Below are positions 38,878-54,140 of a stretch of 64,000 nt of DNA, piece after piece. Made by a program: the position numbers and the translations under genes. Every line of letters starts with the position of its first letter. Positions within the stretch are counted from its first letter, which is position 1. The stretch spans positions 108,686,001 through 108,750,000 of the forward strand of contig NC_042997.1 in assembly GCF_006345805.1 (NCBI RefSeq), read 5' to 3'. The notes under the pieces were generated by a model, which ran no database searches, had not been told where the DNA came from, and saw nothing but the letters and a program-made list of their open reading frames with translations. Source of the DNA: Octopus sinensis (lineage: Eukaryota).

Positions 38878-38914
<37 letters not shown>

Positions 38915-40699
38915 GAAGATAAGTCAGACATAAAGGAATAACATTTGACCAGTTGTAGTATGTATTCAGTGATTGTTTCAAAATATTTGATTTCTTTTGT
39001 TTTCCCTGGTATTTTCTTTTGTTGAGAATGACTTGAAAAGATAGTCGTAGACATTTTCTCTTTTGGATGACGACACTTGAAAACAATGAAGAATAAAGAG
39101 GAGAAACACACACAATAACGCCATCATGTTACAGGGAGGACGGAAAACGCATCAAAATGGTCAAGATTGATGAAATGGAATTCAGAGAATGCTGGAATCC
39201 CAGGCTGGACAAACGAGTGGAATCTCGATAATACACAGAAGCAGAAGTCTGTTGTTAGTGTTAACTTTCCAGGTGAAAAACCTTCTGTCGCCCCACCCAC
39301 CCACCCACAGCCGCTAGTTTATCGTTTCCGGTGAAGTCTCAAATGAATGTTAGATATGAGATGGCCATAGCTAACTGCTATTGATTGGCTGTAATCGATA
39401 TTTCCAGTGTTCGATATAGATTTATTCCTTTTATCAGTTGAATAGACTTCGGTGTAATATCATGAACACTTATTCCCAGCAGTTGAGAAGTTTCCACCAT
39501 TTACGTTTCTTAAAATATTGATTTCCAACAGAGAAACGCAGTTTCCTTTTTGTGGGATTCGTAGAATCGATTGATTCGACTCCAGTTAATGACTAGTTGT
39601 TATTTTATCCCCGCTGGAATCACAAAAAACAGTAAGAATTGAGCTCAAAATATTAAGGCACGTTTCTAAATATTGCAGGAGATTTTTGACGACAGCTAAT
39701 CTTTTACTTTATCCGCTAAGCTTCTAGAAAGTGTTCTCTAGAAAGATCTATATTGAACACTGGAAACATCATCAACACCCTTGTCTTCTACAAATTCTCT
39801 ATAAAATACAAGGCTTCATGGACCGTTGACTGCATTTCATGACTAATTAGAGAATTGAGTGTCAGACAATATGCTAGATGCCAGGAGTCCAATCTTGGTC
39901 TTTAATTGACCCAGGACTGGGTCAGGTAAACGAGAGGTTGGAAAATACGACAAACGATTAGTCTCAACTCAATCCCAGCGTATTCTCTGTCGTGGAATCC
40001 CACATTCTCTGTGCAGAAAGTGGAGACAATAGATGAATCTTTTGATCGGTGTAACGTATTCCATCCACACGAAACGAAATAGCAGACGATCGAATCTAGT
40101 AAGATGCGACCTGGGGATAGACATGACGATTATACTGTAATAAATAAATAAGAGAGGTTATGTATATGTTCGTCCGAACTTTCAAGGATAGATTCTCCTC
40201 AGTCCAGATTCTGGGTGAGATTGGCCAACCTACTCGCAAAATCTTTCTACATTCTGTTTATCAGAATGTTTTTCTTTTGATTAGACCCCTTGCATCATAA
40301 AAGGGAAGTTGCTTTAGCAACCCACAGTGTCAGCCTTTCAGGTTTTGTTTCTCCAATTGTCAATATGGGCTTCTGTTTCCATTTCAAATTACTTTAGTGT
40401 TGGTTTGAACATCCCCGTTTCCAAGCTGTCCGTCACCACCGTTAGGTTAACATCTTCCTGGTATGAATGCATGGCTTACTGCATCCAACTTTAAGCAGGA
40501 TGTATTTTAACACCTATAGTTTCCGCAGCAGTGGCTCAGTTGCCAAAACATACAGATGTGAACATTTAGAGGACATTCATGGCGTAGCCTGTGTGTAATT
40601 CGAGATGGATTCAATAGATATTCATAAGTTCCAACCACGGAACAAACAGCTGTCTGGAAACCAAGATATTACCAGAAGAATACAAAGGCTAACAGAACA

Positions 40700-42065
40700 G
40701 TATGTAAAGAGCGGTTACTGGTGAACAAGGTTATCATAGAAGGAGAAACATACCTCCTGATGTGGTCTACTAACACAATTCTACATTCTCAACAATCATT
40801 GTCGTACATACCTCAGGGGTACTCGGGGGTGTCCTCGTAACTCGCAGTCTCTGGCACGTATAGAATTACCAAAACAGGGAAGTAATGAAACAAATTGAAA
40901 AAATATCTTGGCATACAAGAGTTCAATGAAATCATGGAGAAAGAAATGAAAGAACAGCTGAAGAAAGAGTATTTCTGAAGACTATGATTGGTATTGCGTT
41001 CAAAAATTGAGTGAATGGAATAAAACACAAGCTGTAAATACATGTACGATGGCATCCCTTAAGTATGGAGTGGGAATCCTAAACTGGTAAAAGACTGAAT
41101 TGATGAGTATGGTTACGAAGACAAGGAAACTATTGCAGAACACGGAGTCTTCCACCCCAAGAGTGACATTGATATATTATACTTGTTTAGAAGAAGGAGT
41201 GGGAGATGTTTGATCAGTTGCCCGGATTACGAGGAAAACAGTTTAGGTTGGTATGTAAAACTTACCCAGGAACCATTGTTGATGCTTATAAAGAATTCTG
41301 GCATCATTAGAACTGATAATTGTGTTAAAAAAGAAAAATTTAAAGCGGAGAAATGGAATTGAAAAGAAAGAAAATGTACGGTCAGTTTGCAACAGAAAAG
41401 TGACCTGAAGATAGAAACGGAAGCACTTATATGCGCGGTCCAAAACAAGCAGTGAGGACAAATTATGTGAAATGTAGAATTGATAAAATAACTGAGAGCG
41501 ACAAATGCAGAATGTGTGGTGAGAGGGATAAAACAGTTAGGCACTTTGTTAGTGAATGCTCAAAATTGGCAAAACGTGAATACAAAAAGGTGACATGACA
41601 ATGTAGCGAGAATGATCGATTGGGAGCTTTGTGGAAATGATGGCCAAGAAAGATCAAAGACGTGCTTTGGCCAAATCCCAGAAAGAGTTACTGAGAATGA
41701 GGACTGCAACATTCTCTAGGTTGGTGGTTACTGTGTTTAATCTGGTGGTCACAGTGTGGCCACCAGATTAAACATCGGGAATCTGAGAGTATCGTGGAGA
41801 ATAAGAAAGAAAAACGTGCTTGGTAATTGAAAAAGCATGTTCTGGTGACAACAGGATCGAAGAGAAAGAAAAAGAAAAGTGAACAACTATGCTGAACTGA
41901 AGCAGGTCGTGGACAACGGAGAGAGTGGACGTGATATGAATTGTGAAGTATCAGTAGCCTGCTACCAATGTGGCCCCAAAAGGATTGGAACAACTGTAAA
42001 AATAGAACACCTACAAAAATCAGAATTGCTTGGAACTGCAAGATGTCTGCAGCGTTCTTGAAGCA
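40700..42065 (+). mobile_element. Decayed RLE-type (R4/Dong-like) non-LTR retrotransposon 3' part
   Basis: HPKSDIDILY, CCHC knuckle DKCRMCGERDKTVRHFVSECSKLAKREYKK, VTENEDCNIL, GDNRIEEKEKEK and LQKSELLGTARCL remnants; frameshifted. Confidence 0.85.
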
Positions 42066-43088
42066 TGATCGATTAGATAATTGTCACCTTAGTTTGCTGA
42101 CTGTGGACAGCTGAAATTTTCCATTATACCCAGTAAAATAACACTGAAAGTTTTTATGATAGCAATAACCATTCATTATTGGTTCCGAGAGTCGCGAAAA
42201 GCATTTAGGACAATGAAATGACAAAGAGCAGTCAGTGGGGATCAGGGTTAACATCGTATAAAGAATACAAAAACAAATAATAATTAAGAAAAATGTTAAC
42301 AAATTCAGCAATAGAGGAAAACACCACCCAGGGGCATCCAAGGAACCCCACAGGTTCTGAACCACCCTATTCACCGAGAATACAATGGCAAGTGCTCCTC
42401 TCTTCTGCTCTCTTTTCAGCCTATAGGTGCCAGCACAGAGAAAGCCCACTCACTCGAGTTATTCTCGCCTCATTTAGCCATCTTTCAACAAATTTATTGT
42501 GTTGGACAGCACATCCAAACAATAAGAAGTGTCTGTACTTTTATCGAGATAGATATTTTATTTTGTGGTTATGAAATTTGTTGATATCCCAATTATAATA
42601 TTGTTATTTGTCTGAATACGCTCATAATCTGCGTAGTAAAAAAAGTGATGTATTATACGATAATATTTGCTTTATCGTATAAAACGCTTGGAATAATATT
42701 TAAACTACAAGTCTAAGTCTATCATTGATTTAACGTTGAGCTTATTGCCAACATCTACAGGATAGAGAGAATAGAAAGATTTTATGGTTTTGGAAATATA
42801 AAAAAAAAAAATGTGCATTTTCAGTTTCTTACGTACCTTCACATATATACACACGCTCATATTTATAGTACATAGCTACACTTGTTTATATATACATATT
42901 TATTTTTGTATATGATCAAAGAATGCAATGCTTTACGCTATAAAATCCATTTAAGTAGAATTTTCCATTTTTAATGTGAAAAAAAGAAAAATGGCATACT
43001 TGACGAGAATAGCGATATGACACATCAAACTACACACACACACATATTCACCATACACACACATTTATAGACACACACATATATGCAC

Positions 43089-43121
<33 letters not shown>

Positions 43122-43806
43122 TATACATATACACATATATATGCCTGTATATATTAACGAACAATAGATGGAAAAAATGGTTGTTTTTGGTGAAAATATT
43201 TTTTTTTTAGACTTTAATTTCCTTTTTCCATTATCTCGAAACATGAAACGAGTCATTGAGGCAGCCTCCTCACATTTGCTCAACCCCTTGTATACAGTAA
43301 TCAAGTCTTCCTCAAATGACACTGATGTCTGAAAAAAAAAAAAAAAAAATGAAAAATGCAACGGATAATGTCGTCTTAGGTATATTATGTCTGAAAAAAA
43401 GAAAAAGAAAAAAACGAGACGATATTGTCACGGCTAGGATCCTGGATCAGGTCTGACCAGGGGCTAAACAATATTGTCATCGTTGTCAACACCACTTCTG
43501 CATCACTATCATCGCATCGTCATCATAAAAGCGAGAAAGGCTCTACACACCCGGCTAGCTAGAGATAGCAAACCAAACGACACCCTGCCACTTCATAGGG
43601 AAGAACACGTCGGACAGTGTCATAGTTACTTACACATAGGAAACAAAATAGCTTCGGTTGGGAATTGAAACCGAGTCGAGGACTCAACGTGTCCGGAATT
43701 ATATCTTATTCTGACGTTCTTCCTATGTCTTCTACAAGATTTTGAGGGAAGGTGGTTAGTCAATACCATCAATCTCAATACCTTTCTCTCTCTCCCTCTA
43801 CCCCTT

Positions 43807-43868
<62 letters not shown>

Positions 43869-43892
43869 CATATATGTGTGTGTGTGTGTATA

Positions 43893-44191
43893 ACCGTGAC
43901 GGACCAGGCTATCAGATGTTGCAACACATCGCTGGTCATAATGCGTTTCGCATTGTTTTAGCCTTCAAATGACGCCACCCCACTGGCTAAGCAAGCAGGC
44001 CAACAGAAGAAAGAGTGAGAGAAAGTTGTGGCGACAAAGTACAGCAGGGATCGCCACCACCCCTACCGGACCTCGTGGAGCTTTTAGGTGGTTTTCGCTC
44101 AATAAGCACTCACAAAGCCCGGTCTGGGAATCGAAACCGCGCTCCTACAACCGCGAGTCCGCTGCCCTAACTACTGGGCCATTGTGCCTCC
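43893..44191 (-). mobile_element. tRNA-derived SINE family B
   Basis: Close match to the 28326-28635 copy. Confidence 0.88.
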
Positions 44192-44368
44192 ACACACACA
44201 CACAGACACACACACACACACACATACACATATATGTGAATACACGCACCGTTTTGTCGTTTGTAAGACGAGGGAAAGAGTTCATTATCTGAAAACAAGT
44301 GAGGGTTAGTGACAGAAAAAGCCGCCGTCCGCTGCAAAAACAATCCCAAATGGTCTCGTCTAACCATG

Positions 44369-44499
<131 letters not shown>

Positions 44500-44559
44500 A
44501 AGTATATATAGAGATATAAGCATACACACTTAAGCCAGGTTACTGTTCTCTCCCTTTTG

Positions 44560-44790
44560 TCTCCAACCATTTCCTTACTCTGGGTCAATTCAACATGCGC
44601 AACCGTAAATGCAGACACATTTTCCACTCCCTTTTTCCCTTTCTCCATCTGTTTTCTCTCCATATTCCTTTCTGTAGGAGAGCACAGGCTCGACACGTCA
44701 AATTCTCTTCCCTTTTCCCTGAATGTCAACCTATACACTTTGTTTTTACCGGTCCCAGTCTTTGGTTTTTCAAATTTTTTGTACAATTTT
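44560..44790 (+). mobile_element. Diverged Penelope-like 3' fragment with decayed hammerhead-like motif (44668-44704)
   Basis: CTTT-CTGTAGG-A-GAGC-ACAG-GCTC-GACA-CGTC aligns to the 28185 motif. Confidence 0.45.
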
Positions 44791-45154
44791 GTGTGTAGAG
44801 AGAAGTGTCGAAACCAAGCTGATATCCGTTAAGCAGCTGAAGAGGGAATTTCCGCTTTTGCTATGTTCATTCCTCTGTTGCTAGGGTTTTCAATATACAT
44901 ATATATACTATATATGTAGTTATAGTTATTTATGTTTACAAGCTTTGGTGCAGGACCCTGATATGTGTTTATTTTAAGATTTATTGAATTTTTTTTTACA
45001 TATTCTTAAGTTAGATATTTCATTCTGGAATTGTTAAAGACTGTCGGTTAGTTTTGTTCCATACATTTAGGATTGTCTTTATTTAGGTTATATAATTTTT
45101 TTAGATGAGTGGCATAACTTTCTTAATTTAACGATATAGGGTAATTACGTTTCA

Positions 45155-45622
<468 letters not shown>

Positions 45623-45824
45623 TATGTATGCATTTGTGTGTGTGTGTTTTTTAAAATTTTTCCTTGAGTTTTTAAGTTCTTAAGGCAATTCAATCTGGTC
45701 GCTAACAAAACAACAAGATTTTTTGAGTTAAGAGAGTTCTCGGTGTTTGTGAATATGTGATTGAGTTGGTGTGTTGATTGAACTGTCGATGCATTCACGA
45801 AAGTGTTTGCATCTATTCACATAA

Positions 45825-46520
45825 GAATCTCAGATGAAGAATCTTTGGAATGTCTTACAAATCTTCACTGTGCCATTAATAGATTGGATTTGGAGAATCC
45901 ATATCAGTTTCTTTTGCTTATTCTCCGTGAAACCAAGTGTTTCTAGGCTTTTGGGCAAATTTATTGGTACAACATAACCCAATGCACCTATGACGATAGG
46001 TACAAATGAAATTTTATTTTCAGGGTACAAGAGCTGTAAGTTCCGCATTAATTCGCCATAAATGTTCTCTTTTTTTCCCCGACCTTTTGATTGTACATTC
46101 ACACCTACTGGACCTTTACAACAACGCATGACTTTTGTTTTTTGTTCGATAGAACAACATCAGGTCTGTTATGTTTGCACCGAATTGATGTTTTTATTGG
46201 GATGTTCCACCAGTATTCCTTGGTTTTTAAAGGGGTGAATACCTGCTGGTTCTGACATGCCTTTGATATATACATCAGGGCAGTCCTTCCTACGGGTAGT
46301 CCTTGCAACTATATCACGCCTCAGGGGCAAGAAATGTTTCGTAGATATTTTGGGACAGACGCTGATGATATGGGTGCTGTCTTCCACACTGGTATAGCAA
46401 AGCCTACATTTTTTTAATCAACGTGGCGGTTTAGTGGTATCTTTGTCCATTTTGTTTATCATGCGTTTAATGGCTATCTTCTGTTCTTGGATAGTGAAAG
46501 CACACGTATCCTTCTTTGTT
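45825..46520 (-). mobile_element. Decayed RLE-type non-LTR retrotransposon C-terminus (second family)
   Basis: EDSTHIISVCPK (knuckle), YWWNIPIKTSIRCKHNRPDVV (endonuclease PD motif) and KENIYGELMRNLQLLYP...VPIVIGALG, in shifted frames. Confidence 0.82.
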
Positions 46521-47342
46521 GGGATGAAATATATCTATCGCAGATCTAGAAGAGGCTACTCTTCCTGTTAGTGCTGTTGTTACCCCCTAGCTTACAGGAT
46601 ATGTACCCATGCATTGCTTTTCGCGGGTATGATGCCTGCTCCCCATCCAGGTTTCTGTTTTGGTAGGCCAGTCCAGCCTCCTTTGGGTCGCATGAGGCAT
46701 TGATATTCTCAGAGTAACGTCACAGTAGTTCTTCTACAACTCTGAAGATGCTATTCTCACTTTCGAATATGCATGGAATATACTCATATCTTTCTTTACT
46801 GCTCAGCGGGTGTTGTCTGAGTGACACAATGCGACATTCAAACGCTGTTTGGACTGACCTTATGCATCGGTCGCCATCTCTTCCTCTCATGTAAATCCTA
46901 TCGGTGTCAGTGTTAATGTGGAAGTTGTATGTATGTATGTATGTATGTATGTATGTATGTATGTATGTATGTATGTATGTATGTATGTATGTATGTATGT
47001 ATGTATGTATGCAAGTATGTATGTATGTATACAACACACACACACATAGATATGTGTGTGTGTACAGGTTAGGTGATGCAATCAGTTCGAAACGCGGAAT
47101 AGATAAAACAGGGGACAACTGACGAAGGGAATGTTCTTTACGTTGCCTGTCTCGTTTCTCTATTTGTTTCTTTTGTTGTTCGAAAACAAAAATTAGTTTT
47201 CTATGTTTTTGTTTTTTTATGTTCTCGTTTCTCATTTTGTTCACATTTTTTGATGTCCTGTACCTATATAAGCATGTATATATACATATATATGTAGGTA
47301 TGTACATTATGTATCAATATATGTATATATTTATATATTATT

Positions 47343-47399
<57 letters not shown>

Positions 47400-48429
47400 T
47401 TTAGCAGAAGCAACAGAGTGGCTCAGGGGCTGAGAGTTTCAAGTATCAGCACTTATTAAACTATATATATATGTGTATCAGACTATATAATGTTTGTGTG
47501 TAAGTCTGTACATCGAAGATGTTAATGTCCCCGAAAGCAGTAAGCGTGAAACGTCTAACAAACTGCCTTCTGTTTTTGCCTCCCTAAATTCATTAATCTG
47601 CGCTCAAATATGGACGCACAAATATTGCGAAACAATCCCGCTGAACATGAGAAAAGTTGGATTGTGAAAGCGAAAAGTGACTAAATTCGAAAAACTAATT
47701 CGTCATCCAATGAAACTACCCACAACGTAGTTTATCATTGTTAACTCTGAAATATGAACTGTCCTCTCAGATATCATATTAGGCTACTACTTAAGGATGT
47801 GTGTAGACTCCTTGAAGAAACAATGTTACTTTACGTTCCGGGTGTAATTTGATTCGATGTGGTTGTTGAGAGGCTGGGATTTGCTACATTGCACATCACT
47901 GCCACACAAACTTGTAATGTCTTCTTACTCGTAAATCATTTAATACCACTTATCGGCTCTATTTATCTGTTTTCAAAATCTGATCGTCTCTAGAGGGGGT
48001 CGAAATAGTTTACTTACATTTTCGGAGTAATACACCCACCTCACACACATTTTCAAAATACATACACAATACACGCACACACCTACACTCATCTACAGAT
48101 CTTCACAAACACACACACACATGCAGGCATGTATGTAATTTAATTATACGAGTCTATTTTCAAGCTCAACATCGACCATGCTCGTTGCACTCTTGTACAC
48201 CACTTGGTACCTCGTGTGGAGGCCTAGAGAGGCTGTCTGGTGGGTGGTTGGGTTTGGGAGCGACACTAACTGCCTTACTCACCGTCCAAGGCATTTTGCT
48301 CATATTGCTATAATATAATGCAATCCAAATAAGACAAGTCCTGTACCCATATATGCATGTATATATACATATAGATGTAGGTATGTACATATATGTATGT
48401 ATATATGCATATATTTATATATTATTTAC

Positions 48430-48531
<102 letters not shown>

Positions 48532-48629
48532 GATAAATGGTAAAATTAATTAATTAAGAAGTAATCAGTAATTTCACCAAGTAGAATTCGGCATGAAAAA
48601 GACCATTTCATGGTAAGCTTAAGTAATAC

Positions 48630-48853
48630 TTTATAATTAGGGTTCAGCAAAGATTTGCTTCACCACATACCGAAGTTTAGAAATGGCAGTCAAAAAACCT
48701 TAGCTATTCCTTCTACTTTAAAAGGGACTCCCAGAAAAACCAAAGTACTTGAACACTACTTTTAAAGTAGAAGGAATAGCTAAGATATTTTGACTGCTAT
48801 TTGTAAACTTCGGTATGTGGTGAAGCAAATCTTTGCTGAACCCTAATTATAAA
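48630..48853. repeat. Fold-back inverted repeat, 95 bp arms, 34-nt loop
   Basis: 48630-48724 versus 48759-48853 differ at 4 positions by eye. Confidence 0.93.
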
Positions 48854-48899
<46 letters not shown>

Positions 48900-48902
<3 letters not shown>

Positions 48903-49070
48903 GACCGTAAGGCAGGTGGAGTACAAACAAACAATTGTATTAGTATGGTGCTCAGGAATAGAAATAAAACAAGTCTTTTACGTTTCGAGCCTACGCTCTT
49001 CGACAGAAAGATACACAGAAAAGAAACAAGGAGAGAAAAAAATGCGTGTAGGAGCTAACGATCTTTTAGA
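48900..49070 (-). mobile_element. Penelope-like 3' terminal fragment with minimal hammerhead-like motif (48974-49011)
   Basis: Nearly identical to 62950-63125. Confidence 0.7.
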
Positions 49071-49074
49071 CTGA

Positions 49075-49251
49075 GGCCATGCTGGAGCCACGCCCTGAAG
49101 AATTTTTTTGTCGATTGAATCTCGACCCTAGTACATAATTTTATCTTAAAACCTTGTACTTATTCTATCGCTCTCTTTTGTCGAATAGCTAAGGTACGGG
49201 GATGTAAACACCAGTTGTCAAACGGTGGTGTGGACAAACACAAACATAAAG

Positions 49252-49287
<36 letters not shown>

Positions 49288-49442
49288 GACAGGCTTCTTT
49301 CAGTTTCCGTCCACCAAATCCACTTACAAGGCTTTGGTCCGCCCGAGGCAATATTTAGAAGACACTTGCGCAAAATGCCACGCTGTGGGACTGAACTCGG
49401 AACCATGTGGTCGGGAAGCAAACTTCTTGCCACACAGCCACA
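49075..49442 (-). mobile_element. SINE family A relative
   Basis: CORE-like AAGACACTTGC and head CCACACAGCC with an internal (CA)n. Confidence 0.8.
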
Positions 49443-49702
49443 CTAACCTATTTAAAATTAAATGGTAATTGTCCAAGTGTCTTAAATGCTTGAATTATAG
49501 AAGGTTTCTATTCCCTTTCCCTTCTCTCTCTCCCTTTATTGTGGTGACAAGAAAATATCCATTTCATTTTCCGAAATCCCTTTCCTCATATTTCCTTTTT
49601 TATTCTTATTTTTATTTCTTTCTTTTAATTTTTTTTTGTCTTATCTTCTCCACCACTCTGTACTTGTACTCTTTGTACTCCACCACCCTCTGTCAATAAC
49701 AA

Positions 49703-49910
49703 GGCGGTGAGCTGGCAGAAACGTTAGCATGCCGGGCGAAATGCGGTACTTCGTCTCTCTTTATGTTCTGAGTTCAAATTCCGCAGAGGTCGACTTTGCT
49801 TTTCATCCTTTCAGGGTCGATAAATTAAGTACCATTTGCGTATTGGGGTTGATCTAATTGACTGGCCCCCTCCCCAAACATTTCGTGCCTTGTGCCTAGA
49901 GTAGGAAAGA
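49703..49910 (+). mobile_element. tRNA-derived SINE family C
   Basis: GGCGGTGAGCTGGCAGAAACGTTAGC...GAGTTCAAATTCC...TTTCATCCTTTCAGGGTCGATAAATTAAGTACC. Confidence 0.8.
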
Positions 49911-50079
49911 AAAGAATATCTGCACCAATAACAATAAATAAATAAAAATCAAAACCAAATGCCAGTCACGTGCCTTACGATTGCAGCTGTACCAGTGATA
50001 CTTTTCACCTTTGGTTTACGATTAGATTGTAATCTTAGTCTGGTTGTTACTTCTCCTGTTATAGTTTATTTATAATCCT

Positions 50080-50650
50080 TGATTACTAGTTACAACTCTA
50101 GGATTGTCAAGAAGGCTGATGCGATGCTAGCATTACTCAGTGAAACCTTTGTCAGCCGCTCTCCATGTATCTATTTAAAATTGTATACGACAATGGTACA
50201 CCCACACTTGAAATTTACATCACCAGTCTGGAACCCCTATCTTGTTCAGCATATAAATCTTCTGGAAACTGTTCAGAAATGTGCAACGAAATGAATACCC
50301 ACCGTCAGACATCTACCATATTCTGAAAGTCTTGCTTCCCTGGGTATGGACACATTGAAGTTCAGATGTCTAGTAACTGACTTGGTTGACACCTACAAAA
50401 TTATCCATCATCTTTCTAACAACAGCCTTGGGCACCTTTTTGAATTCCATATGACAAGCACTCGCAGACATGCTTATAAAATCCCCCCACCAAAAAAAAT
50501 CAACACAGCACCCATGACTTTCAGAAACATTTTTTCATGCTCAGAATTGCTGAAGCATGGAATAAACTGCCTGCATCAGTTGTCAGCTATCGAGACACTA
50601 CATCTTTCAAATCTTCCATGCTTCCTGAAATCCGCCAACAGTACACCTGA
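50080..50650 (+). mobile_element. CR1/L2-like LINE 3' end, decayed
   Basis: YLKLYTTMVHPHLKFTSPVWNPYLVQHINLLETVQKCATK and RCLVTDLVDTYKII, typical of the CR1-type RT thumb. Confidence 0.85.
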
Positions 50651-50749
50651 TGGCCTTCTTTTGTTGTACTGAACCTGAGCGCTGTATACAACAATTTCCT
50701 TCATTATATATATCATACCATAACCATTACTGTTTATAGTTTATATTTA

Positions 50750-51470
50750 GGAGGGTCGGCTGAAAGGTTCATAGGCTGACCGAGATACTCTCATGGAATG
50801 AGATCAAATGAGGTTTATTTTGCAACATAGACCCCCTCCCTTATAGTCTATGCACTTCTTCCATCGGTGTTGCAGTGCTTGGATCCCATTGGTGCAGAAG
50901 ATTTCATCCTGTTGGTCGGTCAAAAAAGTCATCAGCAGCAGATATGACTTCATCATCATCACTGCAACACTGCTTCTCAGCTACTGCTTCACGTTGAGGA
51001 ACAGATAATAGTCAGATGGGGCCAAACCAGGAGAGTAGGGACAGTGATCAACCAGTTCTGAAACAAAAGACTTGCGTGCTAGAGCATTGTCCTGATGAAA
51101 CAAGACCCCTTTCGTCAGTTTTCTTCCGCATTTAGTCTTGGTAGCCTTTTGTAACTGCCTCAGCAAGTTGGCATACTTCTCTCCAATGATGGTGTGATCA
51201 TTTTGAAGACGGTCAATAAACACGATGCCTTTTGCATCCCCCAAAACTAGGGCCATCACCTTCCCTGCTGATGAAACGACTTTGGCTGTCTTTGGAGCAG
51301 GCGAAGTAGGGTGTTTCCATGCATGGATTGTACTCTTGTCTGTGGCTCAAAGTGATGAACCCAACCCTCATCCTGGTTCAAGAAACGTTCCAGGAAAACA
51401 GCTAGATATACCTCAACAGAAGACGTGGTAGCTACTGGGCAGAAACCTCCATCATAACAAATTCATTGTG
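50750..51470 (-). mobile_element. mariner (DD34D-type) transposon remnant, 3' part with TIR
   Basis: VLGDAKGIVFIDRLQNDHTIIGEKYANLLRQL...VLFHQDNA...HCPYSPGLAPSDYYLF; TIR-like GAGGGTCGGCTGAAAGGTTCATAGGCTGACC at 50751. Confidence 0.9.
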
Positions 51471-51900
51471 TAGAATATTCTCCGCTGTCTTACGGAATAT
51501 GCTGATAACATTGGCTATTTGATTTCTTGTCAATCGCCTATCATCCGTTTGGTTGGTTAAGATATGTTTGGGTTTGCTTTTTTTTTAATATTTTGTTTAC
51601 TCTATTTTGGAGAAGATTTAAGATTTTCGTGAGTAATGTTTTAAAGTTTAATTAAAATTTTCGTTCCCTCAATGAATATGAAGATTTATTTTGACCTTCA
51701 CTGTAATTTCTCTACTTGTTTCAAAAAACTGTTTCTATATCTGTAATATCCGTGAGATCTGATTCAAAGTTTTCTAGGGTTTTAATTTGTGATGGAAAAT
51801 TGCATATTCTGAAGAAAAACATTTGTCTGGATGTATCTTCTTTTCTACCACATTCATCGGTGATGCACAACAGGTTATTAAAAAGTACACCCGTTCTCAT

Positions 51901-52111
51901 TTAATTCTTTCGTTACCATATTTCTGTTGAAATAAATTGCCTTTGTTTTAATTAATTTTGAAAATAAAGGAAAATTTTGTAAAAAAACAGTGTTCGGAAC
52001 ATAACTTAAAATAGTATTGTGCGAGAAGGTTCGTATTTAAATCAGAGCAAAGAAGATGTTTGTATCACGGAACAGAAGCAGTCTCAGGAGAATTGGTATC
52101 AAAAGTGTTAA
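51901..52111. mobile_element. Possible piggyBac-like MITE
   Basis: TTAA at both ends with degenerate TIRs (TTCTTTCGTTACC and reverse complement CACTTTTGATACC). Confidence 0.4.
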
Positions 52112-53320
52112 GTAACCACTTAAATTACTTTGCCTGAATATCTTCTGGTTTATGATTAATAACTCTCAGAGAAATATTATGTAACCATTTCGTGAAACTC
52201 CGAATAACGTCATTACCATTCCGAGATTATACAAATCGCAGACTTCAATCGACATTCTTCTGAGTACGCTTTTCTTGTTTCGCGTAAACATGTTATTCAT
52301 ATTACAGTGCATACACACGCACGCACGCACGCACGCATACACATATGAACATACATATAATGGAAGTGTGTGTATGTGTGTAACTGTATGTGCATGTGTT
52401 TCCATATATAAAGCATATTCACTTATATTCCCCCTTAAATCCCCATCTCTTCCTCATATCCTCCATCTCTCCCTCCCCATTTCTTCCCTCTCTCTCCTCT
52501 TTCCCTCTCATTTTCTCTTATTCCTTTCTCCTCTCCCCTCTCTCCTTTCTCCTCCTCCGCATCTTCCCCATCTCTCTATATACATCTTACTCATTAGTAA
52601 CAGTAATTTACTGACGGTTCTGTCCGATCTTTCTCCTTTTGTCTTGGCAGCAGACTTCTTTACCATTTTCCCTTCCTTTTGCTTTTCCATCTTTCCTCTT
52701 GGCTAACTGAAATTATCAATTGTTACAATACTTCCTCATAATTCTACATATTGATGTTATGCTGAATATGGTGCTGTTGTACCAATACTTGGCAGGTTCT
52801 GTCATCTCCTCCACATAGAACGTTTCCTCCATATTGTCTTCTTTGCTTTAAATGTTTAAATACTTTTGGTACTGGGACAGAATTAAGCAACTGCTTACTG
52901 ATTCAGTCTCTCTCTATTTGTTTCATTAAGCAACACTTTAACAATGAGAAAGCCGAAAATATTAAAAAACAACAGCAACAAAAAACAACAACGACAACAA
53001 GAACCCAAAGTAGTTTGTATGATGGGTCCGAGGAGTGTGAGTGGTATCGGAGTGGTGCATCGTGATGCGGTGTAATACGATGTGGTATGACGCAGTGTAG
53101 TGTGGTATAGTCTTGTCTGTTGTAGTCTGGTGTAGTCAAGAGCCGTGTGGTGCGACGTCGAGTATTGTCGTCTGGTCTGATGGTATCACGTGTCATATGG
53201 TGTGACGTGGTTTAGTGTTGTAAAGTTCGCTGTGATACGGTTGTATGTGGCGTGTTACGATACTGCGTGGTGCGGTGCAGTGCGACTAGTTGAAAATTCC
53301 TTTGACATCTTCAGTCCGAG

Positions 53321-53395
<75 letters not shown>

Positions 53396-53634
53396 AGGAG
53401 AGTTATTAGCTTTAGCGTTCGGTGGTTGTGGCTGTTATAGGTCAACTCTCGAGGGAAATCAAATTATCGAGAAACCATATTTACAAAAATAAGGTGATAA
53501 ATTGAATGTCTTTAGGTGGAAAGAGAAAAAGAAACAAAAGAAGACACGAACTGATATAGACCGAAAGAATAAGAGTGGTAGAGAGTCGGCAGAGAAAAAT
53601 GGTGCATGGTTATCTATCTATCTATCTATCTATA

Positions 53635-53716
<82 letters not shown>

Positions 53717-53799
53717 GTCTGTTTGTCTCTGTCTCTCCCTCCATCCCTTTCTCTCTCTATCTGCATACACATATTTATACATACATATATTATATGCAC

Positions 53800-53876
<77 letters not shown>

Positions 53877-54065
53877 TATGTATATGTATATGTCTGTATA
53901 TACATACGTATATGCATATATACTTACATATATATACAAACACACTTACATACACCCACATATGTATATACATGTGGTGTGTGTGTGAGAAAGGAAAGAA
54001 AATGAATGGAAGAAACATATCAGCGAAAGGAGAAAATAATAAAGAAAACGATGAGATGAGAGAGA

Positions 54066-54140
<75 letters not shown>

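Noticed and set aside
43200-43326. Minus-strand exon after a very strong poly-T acceptor (TSVSFEEDLITVYKGLSKCEE...)
   Set aside because: No consensus donor, the peptide is unrecognised, and the poly-T could be a poly-A tail on the other strand.
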